From assembly GCA_943332105.1 (NCBI GenBank), contig CALQOD010000001.1, positions 6,615 through 70,614 of the forward strand: DNA of 64,000 nt, in the 5' to 3' direction. Both the position numbers and the translations under genes were made by a program. Below are positions 40,001 through 48,533 of this stretch, piece by piece. The first letter of the stretch is position 1. Each line of letters starts with the position of its first letter. The DNA is from Chitinophaga pinensis (GTDB lineage Bacteria; Bacteroidota; Bacteroidia; AKYH767-A; OLB10). The notes beneath the pieces were generated by a model. That model made no database searches. It saw nothing but the letters and a program-made list of their open reading frames with translations, and was not told the DNA's origin.

Positions 40001-40559
40001 TAAATTGGCCACCTACTCGCTTACATATCCACGACTGACCACCATCAGTAGTTTTCCAAATACCATTATTAGTTGCAGCAATTAATGACAGATGGTCATT
40101 AGGATCCATTAATAATTCAACGGCCATTCTATTTCCAATAGATGAATTGATTAACGTCCATGTAGCACCCGCATTGATTGATTTGTAAACTCCATAACTT
40201 GTTCCGTAATAATTCGGATCTCCTGTTCCCAAATAAATAACACTATCATTCGTATAATCGATACAAACAGAAGCACACTGTGCATTGGGTAACACATCAG
40301 TCCCCATAACATTCCATGTCGCGCCATTATTCTCACTTTTATACAAACCACCCGAAGCGGTGGTAGTGTACATGATTGATGAATCAGATGGATGAAATTT
40401 AATTTGCGTACAACGACCAATTCCATGAATTTGTCCACTGACATTCGTTGGAAATGCGATTGGACCTGTGCACGTCCAGTTACCTGCGATCTGCGCATGT
40501 GAATATCCAGCAAAAACCAGAAAGAGTATTAATAAAACGATTTTCGATTTCGCGCTCAT
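37023..40559 (-). CDS. T9SS cargo protein: BNR/Asp-box (sortilin/VPS10-like) beta-propeller region, 2 PKD domains, jelly-roll module, CTD
   Basis: eight SxDxGxTW-type boxes (SENNGATW, SINAGATW, TTDGGQSW, SDDRGDSW, STDGGNSF, STDGGVNW, STNGGSFW, SINRGQTW); start set to MSAKSKIVLLILFLVFAGYSHAQ (ATGA overlap with upstream ORF); CTD MIVYPNPANNKSDIKL...GIYLINL. Confidence 0.85.
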   Translation of the reverse strand: MSAKSKIVLLILFLVFAGYSHAQIAGNWTCTGPIAFPTNVSGQIHGIGRCTQIKFHPSDSSIMYTTTASGGLYKSENNGATWNVMGTDVLPNAQCASVCIDYTNDSVIYLGTGDPNYYGTSYGVYKSINAGATWTLINSSIGNRMAVELLMDPNDHLSLIAATNNGIWKTTDGGQSWICKRVGGQFTDMVWKTNTGTNTIYASTYDEVFKSDDRGDSWVQLSNGLTPPGSNGGQGIRFGVSPADSNIVYVAMNCDEGTIFKSTDGGNSFTTVYHNPSQSLTGYDANGGGQGNYNFTCCVDPDDPNTVYVASHVVWKSTDGGVNWTQLTQWYANLHTDMHHILVNPFDHSQLWEANDGGVWLSTNGGSFWSPKSDGINATEIYHAAQSKTREDLVSIGTQDNGELFHSLNSWKCNRGGDWGAQCDFDYTHNNYVYYLSENQRRRLVPVGGSVSINLPVQCDGNTRISFCPSDTNTAYAGRDTLCVSSNIYNGSISWSVVAALGHTIRGIKVNPLKSDVVYVVTDNARVYRIEDAKSANPTISIFTLPYATNVAGSIEVVKSDTNIVYVTCNSRIYKSINRGQTWTNITSNYPGLNVINVINDYSSTNEAIYIANAAGVYYRNASMNSWLNYSGGLPSIAQIHDLMIYEDGTGLSKLRVSFYGKGVWESPLNKDETPVADFMSDKKNICENEQVQFTNISYGAYAVQWYFQGGNPSTSTTNNPTVIYSQSGDYLVSMIAYGTSGNNTVVRQGYIHVTTSQAFSMSEGFENLLPYDWNIFDDGEDGIEWTLTGNAGGYGLSQNSIYFDNYGNDVTGKRDELIAPRFNTSGLQSALLKFDLAYARYSQDYYDTLAVLVSSDCGASYQQVYVKGYTDLATSADTAAFYIPGSNQWRTDSVDLTAYLSQGELKIVFQNRGHYGNCLYLDNIILEPTSIVSPIASFVSSSKKICEGNNVTYINQSTGAPSSQQWYFMGGVPVTSTANNPSVNYSSAGLYPVSLVVTNANGMDSITYNSYIEVVAPSSGNSITIYPDSLVSLQTGLGYQWYFNGSIIPGANAKSYSFTQLGNYTVAVTDSNGCENISGIAAVTVQVNEIKSIGIAMIVYPNPANNKSDIKLLSTMNAVAGLIVTDITGQIVLRKEVLLQKGDQAFSIDCSNYPSGIYLINLKGNQFNYTTKLIIAH

Positions 40560-40972
40560 GGTCTTGCCTCCTTCCATAATTTTAATTGTTGTGTTGGATA
40601 CAAAATAGAACCATCGGATTGTACAAAAGGTAACATTGTTATTTTCCAATGCTCGAAGCGCTTACATTCGAAGCGATACTTTTCGTATTTATGTTCTTTA
40701 TCGAACCCAAAAAAACGTTCAATCCAATTTGATTTTTCCTTTTTCTCTTTTTCGGATGCCCCTTTCATTCCCATTGTCTCTTCTTCTTCCAACGGAATAG
40801 TTTTTCCTTTCCAGAAGGCGCCATAAGCCTTTTGCACTTCAAAATAATTGGATGTTGAATCATCCATCATGGTTATCCAATAAGGATGTTTGGAGTAATT
40901 TAAGTTTGTCGACTGTGAACTTCCATGAATAGAAATCAAACAGCCAACAAACAATAATACTAGAAATCGCAT
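40556..40972 (-). CDS. small secreted protein, translationally coupled to the BNR protein
   Basis: signal peptide MRFLVLLFVGCLISIHGSSQ; stop overlaps the downstream ATG (ATGA). Confidence 0.55.
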   Translation of the reverse strand: MRFLVLLFVGCLISIHGSSQSTNLNYSKHPYWITMMDDSTSNYFEVQKAYGAFWKGKTIPLEEEETMGMKGASEKEKKEKSNWIERFFGFDKEHKYEKYRFECKRFEHWKITMLPFVQSDGSILYPTQQLKLWKEARP

Positions 40973-40985
40973 TGATATTTTTTTT

Positions 40986-40993
40986 CAAAAATA
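40986..40993 (-). promoter_or_regulatory. -7 promoter box TATTTTTG, 13 nt upstream of ATG 40972
   Basis: exact TAnnTTTG on minus strand. Confidence 0.4.
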
Positions 40994-41033
40994 AGATTTA
41001 AACCGATGATTTAGTATTTACTGCAAAAAAGAA

Positions 41034-41060
41034 AAGTCCTAAGAAAAACTCTTAGGACTT
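41034..41060 (-). terminator. intrinsic terminator after the DUF4197-like gene
   Basis: perfect 10-bp stem aagtcctaag/cttaggactt; T-rich tract follows on the minus strand. Confidence 0.75.
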
Positions 41061-41080
41061 TAAAATTGTATTCTAAATTA

Positions 41081-41806
41081 TTACCCACCAAAAACTTTCT
41101 TCAACAAATCACTTGTTCTAGCAATAGGATCTTTTCTGATTTGTAACTCTTCTTCGGCCACCTTAACAAACAATCCATCAATGGCCTTTTCAGTGGCATA
41201 TTGTACTAAATCGGGATTGACCTTTTCTACAAATGGAATCTTATTGTATTTTGTAATGACCAGTTCCCAGTTTTTGGTCGCCCCTACTTTATCTAAAGAA
41301 GTTTTAATAATTGGCTTGAATGCTTCGACAAGCATCGCTCTCGATTTCGCTTTAAGGTATTCTGTTCCTGCATTATCTGCACCCTTCACAATATTGATAG
41401 CATCAGTAATTGTCATTTCAGAAATGACTTTAATAAAAATATCTTTTGCTGATGAGCCCGCATCTTCGGCAGCGCGATTTACCGACAAAATCACATCATC
41501 ACATTCTTTATTTAAACCAATGCCACGCAATTTATCTTCTATCTTTTTTGCATCCGGAGGAAAAGGGATTTTTATTTTAGGATTAGCAAAATAACCATCC
41601 AGTTTTGATATCGTTTCAGAACCGCTGATAGCACCTTTGCTTAATGCTTCTTTCAACGCTTTACCTGCTTCTTCATCCGTAAACCCTTTAGGAATTGTTG
41701 GTAAAGCCAGCTTTTTCTCCGCTTTCTTTTTTAAGTCGTTGAAATTTTGTGCTGATGAAGCAGCAACTATAAAAAAGAAGGAAAATGAGAGTGCTATTAT
41801 TTTCAT
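41081..41806 (-). CDS. DUF4197-like exported protein
   Basis: signal peptide; about 240-aa helical K/A/E-rich protein; family recalled from layout only. Confidence 0.55.
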   Translation of the reverse strand: MKIIALSFSFFFIVAASSAQNFNDLKKKAEKKLALPTIPKGFTDEEAGKALKEALSKGAISGSETISKLDGYFANPKIKIPFPPDAKKIEDKLRGIGLNKECDDVILSVNRAAEDAGSSAKDIFIKVISEMTITDAINIVKGADNAGTEYLKAKSRAMLVEAFKPIIKTSLDKVGATKNWELVITKYNKIPFVEKVNPDLVQYATEKAIDGLFVKVAEEELQIRKDPIARTSDLLKKVFGG

Positions 41807-41895
41807 GTTTTGCTTTTATAAATAAACGTAAGAATTACAATATTAATATATAACTGCGAAAATAAACAGTTTTTCGCCATTTACTTCAATAAAAA

Positions 41896-41911
41896 AGGGA
41901 CTTACGTCCCT
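41896..41911 (-). terminator. short hairpin plus T-run after rpoD
   Basis: agggac/ttac/gtccct followed on the minus strand by tttttt. Confidence 0.5.
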
Positions 41912-41917
41912 GAATTT

Positions 41918-42781
41918 TTACAAATATGATTTTAAAAAATCATTACTTCTATTAGTTTTTAATTTACGCAATGCCGCTTCCTTAATTTGTCGTACGCGCT
42001 CCCTAGTTAATTGCACTTTTATACTGATCTCATCCAAAGACATACTATGAGAATTTCCTATTCCGAAGAACATTTTAATAACTTGGATTTCTTTTGGAGA
42101 CAATATCCTCAAATAGCGATTTACATCTTCTAACATTGAATCTTGCATCATACCTGTATCTGTATTCTCTGAATCATTGCCTTCTAAAATATCTAACAAA
42201 GTGCCACTATCATCGCCACTATCAAGTGGTGCATCAAAAGAAACCGGTTTAGCAGATACTCGCATTACATCGGCAATGTGATTTATTGAAAAATTCAGAA
42301 CATTTGCTAACTCTTCAGCACTTGGCTCTCGCTGAAAATCCTGCTCTAACTTTGAAAACGACTTTCTTACTTTGTTTAGTGTTCCAATTTGGTTTAACGG
42401 CAATCTTACCAATCTTGATTGTTCAGCAATCGCCTGTAAAATACTTTGGCGAATCCACCAAACTGCATAGGAAATAAATTTAAATCCTTTAGTTTCATCA
42501 AAACGCTGGGCTGCTTTAATCAAGCCTAAATTCCCTTCATTAATCAAATCGGGTAAGCTTAACCCTTGATTTTGATATTGCTTTGAAACTGAAACAACAA
42601 AACGAAGGTTGGCCCTTGTTAGTTTATTTAGTGCTTCTGTATCGCCTGCCCTTATTTTTTTTGCTAAAAACACTTCCTCCTGAGGCGTAACCATTTCCTC
42701 TTTACTGATATCGTGCAAATACATTTCTAAACTTGCACTTTCCCTATTGGTAATTGATTGGGTGATTTTTAGTTGTCTCAT
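41918..42781 (-). CDS. rpoD: primary RNA polymerase sigma factor (Bacteroidetes short RpoD/SigA, 287 aa)
   Basis: starts MRQLKITQSITNRES; region 2 DLINEGNLGLIKAAQRFD and YAVWWIRQSI; region 4 LTRERVRQIKEAALRKL. Confidence 0.93.
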   Translation of the reverse strand: MRQLKITQSITNRESASLEMYLHDISKEEMVTPQEEVFLAKKIRAGDTEALNKLTRANLRFVVSVSKQYQNQGLSLPDLINEGNLGLIKAAQRFDETKGFKFISYAVWWIRQSILQAIAEQSRLVRLPLNQIGTLNKVRKSFSKLEQDFQREPSAEELANVLNFSINHIADVMRVSAKPVSFDAPLDSGDDSGTLLDILEGNDSENTDTGMMQDSMLEDVNRYLRILSPKEIQVIKMFFGIGNSHSMSLDEISIKVQLTRERVRQIKEAALRKLKTNRSNDFLKSYL

Positions 42782-43006
42782 GGTAAGGATATGTTTAGGG
42801 TTAAATTCATTCTGTAGAAAACTCCTCTGCAACTATCGACTATCAGTTAGTGCTTAACGATAAATTAAAGTTGCAACAGCTTTCAAAAGAGTTGTGAAGG
42901 ATAATATTTTAACGATTATTAAAATACAATGATCAAACTTCATTTACATCCAATATAACACACTAATCTGCGTTTTTGTTTTGATAATTTGAATACCTTC
43001 GTTGTA

Positions 43007-43666
43007 ATGAAAAAATGCATAATCATTTGTTTGTCAATTTTTCTTATTCCTCTCATTGGATTTGCACAGAAAAACAACAATAAAAGCGTCCAATTAATTC
43101 AATTTTCAGGAGTGGTAGTTAGCAATGATTCCTTGCAGCCAATCCCCTATGCGGCAGTTACAATTCATAAATCAGGCCGTGGCACAATCACCGATTTTTA
43201 TGGATTCTTTTCTTTTGTTGCTAAAAAGGGTGATACTATCGATTTTCACTATGTTGGGTATAAACCAACGATGTATATTATCCCAGATACATTAAAGGAA
43301 TCTAGATACTCATTAATCCAAGTAATGAATAGGGATACAATTTTATTGAAAGAAGCTATTGTTTACCCTTGGCCGTCAAAAGAAGATTTTAAGCGTGCTT
43401 TTCTGGAATTAAAAATTCCAGACGATGATTTAAAAAGAGCAGAGAAAAACATACAGCTTGCTGAAATAAAAACAATTCAAGAGCAAGTACCTTATGATGG
43501 TGCAATAAACTATCAGTACCAACTACAACAGCAACAATCCAAGCTGTACAGTGCAGGTCAATACCCAAAAAACAATTTATTTAATCCGATTGCTTGGGCA
43601 GCATTTATTAAGGCATGGAAAGACGGCAACTTAAAAAAGAAAGACGATCCAAAGATTGATGATTAA
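43007..43666 (+). CDS. CarboxypepD_reg-like domain protein (secreted)
   Basis: signal peptide; FSGVVVSNDSLQPIPYAAVTIHKSGRGTITDFYGFFSF...DFHYVGYKP. Confidence 0.7.
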   Translation: MKKCIIICLSIFLIPLIGFAQKNNNKSVQLIQFSGVVVSNDSLQPIPYAAVTIHKSGRGTITDFYGFFSFVAKKGDTIDFHYVGYKPTMYIIPDTLKESRYSLIQVMNRDTILLKEAIVYPWPSKEDFKRAFLELKIPDDDLKRAEKNIQLAEIKTIQEQVPYDGAINYQYQLQQQQSKLYSAGQYPKNNLFNPIAWAAFIKAWKDGNLKKKDDPKIDD

Positions 43667-46202
43667 CAAAATGTCTCGTTTACAATTAATTTATACAAGG
43701 TTTATTTTTGTCTTGCTATTAGCTTTATGCAATAACGCATATTGCCAGGAAGGTATAATTAAAGGTATTGTAAGCGACTCACTTAAAAAACCAATTGAGG
43801 CCTGCAACGTTTCAATTGAAGGCGAAACTATTGGTACAATTACGGATAGACGCGGTCGGTATGAATTAAAGATAACACCTTATCGAGATTTAACAATAGT
43901 ATATAGCTTTTTAGGATTTACGACTCAGAAATATAAAGTAAAGTTAACTCCAGGCGAAATAAAAGAGTTGAATATACAACTAGCTACATCTGTAAAACTA
44001 CTTGGACCAGTTAATGTATCAGGAGAAAGAAGTAGAGATCTTTTAATGACTCCCATACAGCCAAAAACACTTGAAATGATGCCAAGTGTGAGCGGTAATT
44101 TTGAAGGTTCATTAAAAACATTTCCTGGGGTAGTTTCGAATAACGAATTAACTTCTACTTACTCCGTTCGCGGTGGATCATTTGATGAGAATTTAATCTA
44201 TGTAAATGATATTGAGATTTACAGACCATTTCTAACACGCAGCGGACAACAAGAAGGTCTTAGCTTTATAAATTCTGATCTGATTGCCAATATCAATTTT
44301 AGTTCTGGTGGCTTTAATGCAACTTACAGCGATAAACTTTCGTCTGTTTTAGATATTGAATATCGAAAACCTGAAGCATTTGCAGGTTCAGCATATGTAA
44401 GTTTTTTAGGCGCGGGATTTCATCTCGAAGGAATTTCAAAAAACGAAAAATTTAGCTGGCTCACAGGATTTAGGCAGAAATCAAATCAGTTTTTATTGAA
44501 AAATTTAGATACGAAAGGCGAATACAAACCCTCCTTCACCGATTTTCAATCATTGTTAAATTACAAGTTTACTGATAAAACATCGCTTTCATTCTTAGGA
44601 AATATATCTATCAATGATTATCGTGTTGTCCCTTCAACAAGACAAACAGAATTTGGGAATATTAATGAAGCTTTGAAATTTACCGTTTACTTTGATGGAC
44701 AAGAACAAGATGCTTATTCTACTTCGCAAAGTGCAATTACATTAAATCATCGTGTGAATGACCATTTGAATTTGAAATTTATTGGTGCAGGATTCATTTC
44801 TAAAGAAAAAGAGTTTTTTGATATTCTGGGTGAATATTTTATTGATGAATTAGACAAAGATTTAGGTTCTTCGAACTTTGGTAATGTTGCATACAACAAA
44901 GGGATTGGCGCTTTTTTAGATCATTCGCGCAATGAACTAAAAGCTAATGTTACAAGCTTCGAGCATAAAGGAAGTTTTATTCAATCTAAATATAATTTCA
45001 AGTGGGGAGTAAAAGCTCAGCATGAATCAATAACAGATAATATTGATGAATGGCAATATCGTGACTCTGCTGATTTCTCTATTGTGCATCCGCAGGATAA
45101 TCCAGGTCAGCCGGTAACTTTTCCACAGCAAATTGTATTAAACAATGTTATAAAGAATAAGATAAATTTAAATTCAAATCGCTTTAACGGATTTATAAGT
45201 TCTACTTGGCAGCTGGATACATGCATTACATTGGTAGCTGGTGTCAGAGCTACTTATTGGGACTTCAACAAAGAATTAAATATTAGTCCACGCGCCTCAA
45301 TTGAATATAAACCTAAAGGCAATAAATTTTTAAAATTAAGAGCGGCATCAGGTATATATTATCAACCTCCATTTTATCGTGAATTGCGTGGGCTAGATGG
45401 ACAGATTAATCCAACTATTAAAGCACAGCAGTCGATACATTTTATTGTTGGAGGTGATTATCAGTTTTTATCTTGGGGACGAGAGTTTAAGTTGACAGCT
45501 GAAGCTTATTATAAAAAAATGAATAATCTAATTCCATATAAACTCGACAATACGCGCATTCGTTATCTAGCAAAAAACAATGCCGACGGATATGCCACAG
45601 GGTTAGACCTTCGAGTAAACGGTGAGTTTGTAAGCGGAATTGAAAGCTGGGCATCGTTATCATTCTTAAAAACAGAAGAAAACTTAAATGATGATGGTTA
45701 TTATAAGTATTACAATTCAGAAGGTGATTTAATTGTTCCGGGATATACATATAACAATGTAGCAATAGACAGTCAGTTTGTCACTCCGGGCAACATTCCT
45801 CGTCCTACTGATCAGCGCGTAACGTTCAGCTTGTTCTTTCAGGACTACTTACCAAAATCGCCAAGTGTTCGGATGCACATGACGTTAGTATTTGGTACTG
45901 GATTACCATTTGGCCCACCGGGAAATGATCGCTATAAGGATATATTAAGAGCTCCTAGTTACCGAAGAGTGGATATTGGATTTTCAAAAATCATTATTGA
46001 CGAAGACAAGCCGAATACAAGTCGCTTGAAAGTTGTGAGCAAGTTAAAATCATTATCCTTAAGCTTAGAAGTTTTCAATTTACTTCAAGTTAGCAATACG
46101 GTATCTTACACTTGGATTACAGATGTAACAGGACGGCAATATGGAATTCCAAACTACTTAACCTCTCGCTTGCTAAACTTAAAAATGCAGGCTAAATTTT
46201 AA
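43659..46202 (+). CDS. TonB-dependent outer-membrane receptor (CarboxypepD_reg plus plug plus barrel)
   Basis: [10 protein letters not shown]...TDRRGRYEL; plug [21 protein letters not shown]; C-terminal aromatic residue (..QAKF); start could also be ATG 43671. Confidence 0.85.
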   Translation: MINKMSRLQLIYTRFIFVLLLALCNNAYCQEGIIKGIVSDSLKKPIEACNVSIEGETIGTITDRRGRYELKITPYRDLTIVYSFLGFTTQKYKVKLTPGEIKELNIQLATSVKLLGPVNVSGERSRDLLMTPIQPKTLEMMPSVSGNFEGSLKTFPGVVSNNELTSTYSVRGGSFDENLIYVNDIEIYRPFLTRSGQQEGLSFINSDLIANINFSSGGFNATYSDKLSSVLDIEYRKPEAFAGSAYVSFLGAGFHLEGISKNEKFSWLTGFRQKSNQFLLKNLDTKGEYKPSFTDFQSLLNYKFTDKTSLSFLGNISINDYRVVPSTRQTEFGNINEALKFTVYFDGQEQDAYSTSQSAITLNHRVNDHLNLKFIGAGFISKEKEFFDILGEYFIDELDKDLGSSNFGNVAYNKGIGAFLDHSRNELKANVTSFEHKGSFIQSKYNFKWGVKAQHESITDNIDEWQYRDSADFSIVHPQDNPGQPVTFPQQIVLNNVIKNKINLNSNRFNGFISSTWQLDTCITLVAGVRATYWDFNKELNISPRASIEYKPKGNKFLKLRAASGIYYQPPFYRELRGLDGQINPTIKAQQSIHFIVGGDYQFLSWGREFKLTAEAYYKKMNNLIPYKLDNTRIRYLAKNNADGYATGLDLRVNGEFVSGIESWASLSFLKTEENLNDDGYYKYYNSEGDLIVPGYTYNNVAIDSQFVTPGNIPRPTDQRVTFSLFFQDYLPKSPSVRMHMTLVFGTGLPFGPPGNDRYKDILRAPSYRRVDIGFSKIIIDEDKPNTSRLKVVSKLKSLSLSLEVFNLLQVSNTVSYTWITDVTGRQYGIPNYLTSRLLNLKMQAKF

Positions 46203-46206
46203 TAGG

Positions 46207-46545
46207 ATGTCGAATAAAAATAAAGGCAAATCGGGATTAGTCTATTCTACAAATCCGAATTTTCAATATCAGGAAGAAAACAAGTCAAAAGATACATTAC
46301 CGCCTCAGCAACAATCATTGAAAATATGGTTGGAACGAAAAGGAGGTGGAAAAATGGTGACGGCAGTAAAAGGTTTTGTTGGCAGCGATGATGATTTACA
46401 AGCTTTAGGAAAAATGCTAAAGAGCAAATGTGGTGTGGGTGGCACTGCCAAAGATGGAGAAGTTCTGATACAAGGAGACCACCGTGAGAAAGCACTTGCA
46501 TTACTAATACAAAATGGTTATCAGGCAAAGAAAGCAGGTGGATAA
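46207..46545 (+). CDS. yciH: SUI1/YciH-family translation initiation factor-like protein
   Basis: [11 protein letters not shown]...[25 protein letters not shown] pattern; 112 aa. Confidence 0.88.
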   Translation: MSNKNKGKSGLVYSTNPNFQYQEENKSKDTLPPQQQSLKIWLERKGGGKMVTAVKGFVGSDDDLQALGKMLKSKCGVGGTAKDGEVLIQGDHREKALALLIQNGYQAKKAGG

Positions 46546-46546
46546 T

Positions 46547-47350
46547 TTATTTTAAAACTACCTGATAGAAATTATACTGTTGGAGATCTTCGTTATTTTT
46601 TATTGTAGAAAAACAAAAAGAATTTTTAGAAATCCACGATAGCGATTCAATATGTTGCTTCTTCAAGTTGATTATAGTTGATAAATCCAGACAATAAGAG
46701 TGATATTTAGTTGCCACTTTTATAATATGCAATTCAGCTTCCTCGTCCTCGTAAAATGCATTTGAAAAACTAAGAATATACTCGTTTGTTTTGTTTGGTA
46801 AATAAGCCTGACTTCCCTCATCATAAGAAGATAAATCCTGAATCATTTTTCCAGATTTCAAATCAATTAAATTAGTTGTTGCGTAAGCCCCACTGATATC
46901 AACATTACTAACTATTACAAGATCTAATTTTGAAATCATCCCCCAATACGCTGGTAGCACACCATTAAAAATCGTTGTGTCACTTTTAATAAATTGTTCC
47001 TCACCTACACGCTCTTGCGAAGAAAATAAATAATGAAAGTTTTTTCCATTTATTACTAGTTGTGAATCTGAAATAATATTCACAAACTGTTTATTGACTA
47101 TTGTATCAACAAAAAAATCCGCAGTAATCATTAAGGAATTGTAATGAGCAGAATCAATTGAAAAAATAGAAAACGATTTATTATTTGATTCCATCATCTC
47201 ATCATGATCAATATCCAAATCGATTAATAGTGGCTCGTTATTAAAAACACAGGAAGTATCTAACGATAAAATTCGATTTTGAGCAAGAACATTAAATCCA
47301 AGAGAAAAGAAAAACGCAAATAGAATAAGAAACTTATTTCTGCGCATCAT
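46547..47350 (-). CDS. hypothetical secreted protein
   Basis: signal peptide MMRRNKFLILFAFFFSLGFNVLAQ; the ORF could start at 47377; it overlaps the bshA 3' end. Confidence 0.5.
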   Translation of the reverse strand: MMRRNKFLILFAFFFSLGFNVLAQNRILSLDTSCVFNNEPLLIDLDIDHDEMMESNNKSFSIFSIDSAHYNSLMITADFFVDTIVNKQFVNIISDSQLVINGKNFHYLFSSQERVGEEQFIKSDTTIFNGVLPAYWGMISKLDLVIVSNVDISGAYATTNLIDLKSGKMIQDLSSYDEGSQAYLPNKTNEYILSFSNAFYEDEEAELHIIKVATKYHSYCLDLSTIINLKKQHIESLSWISKNSFCFSTIKNNEDLQQYNFYQVVLK

Positions 47351-48467
47351 TAATAATCTGCTGATAGTATCTTTCATAAATCGGCATAATATTATGAATG
47401 TCGAATGCCTTTGCTTGCTTTAAAGCAGCCTGACGAAATTCGGCCAACTTTTTATCATCCGTTAAAATAGCAAGTGCATTTGCGGCCATATCATCTACAT
47501 CGCCTACATTACTCATAAATCCAGTTACACCATTGATATTAAGCTCAGGCATACCACCTGAATTGGATGATATAACAGGCACCTGACAAGCCATTGCTTC
47601 TAATGCTGCTAAACCAAAACTTTCGGTCTCAGAAGGCATCACAAATAAATCTGCGATGGACAAAACCTCTTCAACCATTTCCTGTTTTCCTAAAAAACGA
47701 ACATCCTGATAAAATCCTTTATCACGGGTCATTTCTTCAATTTTATGTCGCTCAGGTCCATCACCAATCATAATTAATTTTGCAGGAATCTTTGCTCGTA
47801 TGCGGTCAAAAACTTCAACAACATCCTGCACTCTTTTCACTTTTCGAAAATTAGAAGTATGTACAATTAATTTTTCGTTATCCGGAGTTATTGCTTTTCT
47901 AAAATGATCTTTTCTTGATTTAGCGAATCTCTTAAGATCAATAAAGTTGGGAATCACTTCAATATCCTTATTGATTTTGAAGTTTGCATAAGTATCTTTT
48001 TTCAAACTTTCAGAAACCGCAGTAACACCATCAGAATGATTTATTGCAAAGGTAACAACAGGCTCATAGCTTGAATCTTTTCCTACCAGAGTAATATCCG
48101 TTCCATGCAAAGTAGTTACAATTGGAAGATATAGTCCGTGAGTTTTTAAAATCTGCTGCGCCATATAAGCAACCGATGCATGCGGAATTGCATAATGCAC
48201 ATGCAGAATATCTAATTTTTCATGCAATGCCACATCCACTAACTTGCTTGTCAATGCTGATTCAAAGGGTATATAATCGAAAAGTGCGTAAGGAGTTGCT
48301 GTAACTTCATGATAAAAAACATTTTCCATAAAACCATCTAGTCTAACGGGCTGGCTATAGGTAATAAAATGAATGCGATGACCTTTATCGGCAAGAGCTT
48401 TACCTAATTCTGTAGCCACTACACCACTACCACCAAAAGTAGGATAACAAATAATTCCAATATTCAT
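47334..48467 (-). CDS. bshA: N-acetyl-alpha-D-glucosaminyl L-malate synthase (bacillithiol biosynthesis GT4)
   Basis: MNIGIICYPTFGGSGVVATELGKALADKGH N-terminus and E-x7-E-type C-terminal GT4 core (SETESFGLAALEAMA). Confidence 0.85.
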   Translation of the reverse strand: MNIGIICYPTFGGSGVVATELGKALADKGHRIHFITYSQPVRLDGFMENVFYHEVTATPYALFDYIPFESALTSKLVDVALHEKLDILHVHYAIPHASVAYMAQQILKTHGLYLPIVTTLHGTDITLVGKDSSYEPVVTFAINHSDGVTAVSESLKKDTYANFKINKDIEVIPNFIDLKRFAKSRKDHFRKAITPDNEKLIVHTSNFRKVKRVQDVVEVFDRIRAKIPAKLIMIGDGPERHKIEEMTRDKGFYQDVRFLGKQEMVEEVLSIADLFVMPSETESFGLAALEAMACQVPVISSNSGGMPELNINGVTGFMSNVGDVDDMAANALAILTDDKKLAEFRQAALKQAKAFDIHNIMPIYERYYQQIINDAQK

Positions 48468-48471
48468 AAAA

Positions 48472-48479
48472 CAAAGTTA
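48472..48479 (-). promoter_or_regulatory. -7 promoter box TAACTTTG, only 4 nt upstream of bshA ATG (leaderless-type)
   Basis: exact TAnnTTTG on minus strand. Confidence 0.45.
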
Positions 48480-48533
48480 CGGATTTATGCGAGAAAAATA
48501 ACACAAGAAAAGTACAATGAAGCTGTATCGAAA

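Noticed and set aside
40151-40513. 120-aa same-strand alternative-frame ORF inside the BNR cargo gene
   Set aside because: It lies within the Asp-box propeller coding region, whose frame is validated by repeated SxDxGxTW motifs. There is no independent start context.
41181-41825. 137-aa and 62-aa ORFs antisense to the DUF4197-like gene
   Set aside because: Their A/S/L-rich sequence mirrors the K/A/E-rich sense protein. The sense ORF has a signal peptide and terminator, and the antisense ORFs have neither.
42782-43006. Long (225 nt) region upstream of rpoD as a possible regulatory RNA or leader, including the palindrome GTTGCAAC
   Set aside because: There is no exact -7 box, no extended stem-loops and no conserved-looking GC-rich structure. 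The ORF-track extension to a TTG at 42832 is unlikely, since Bacteroidetes RpoD typically begins MRQLKIT. The evidence is insufficient to call a feature.
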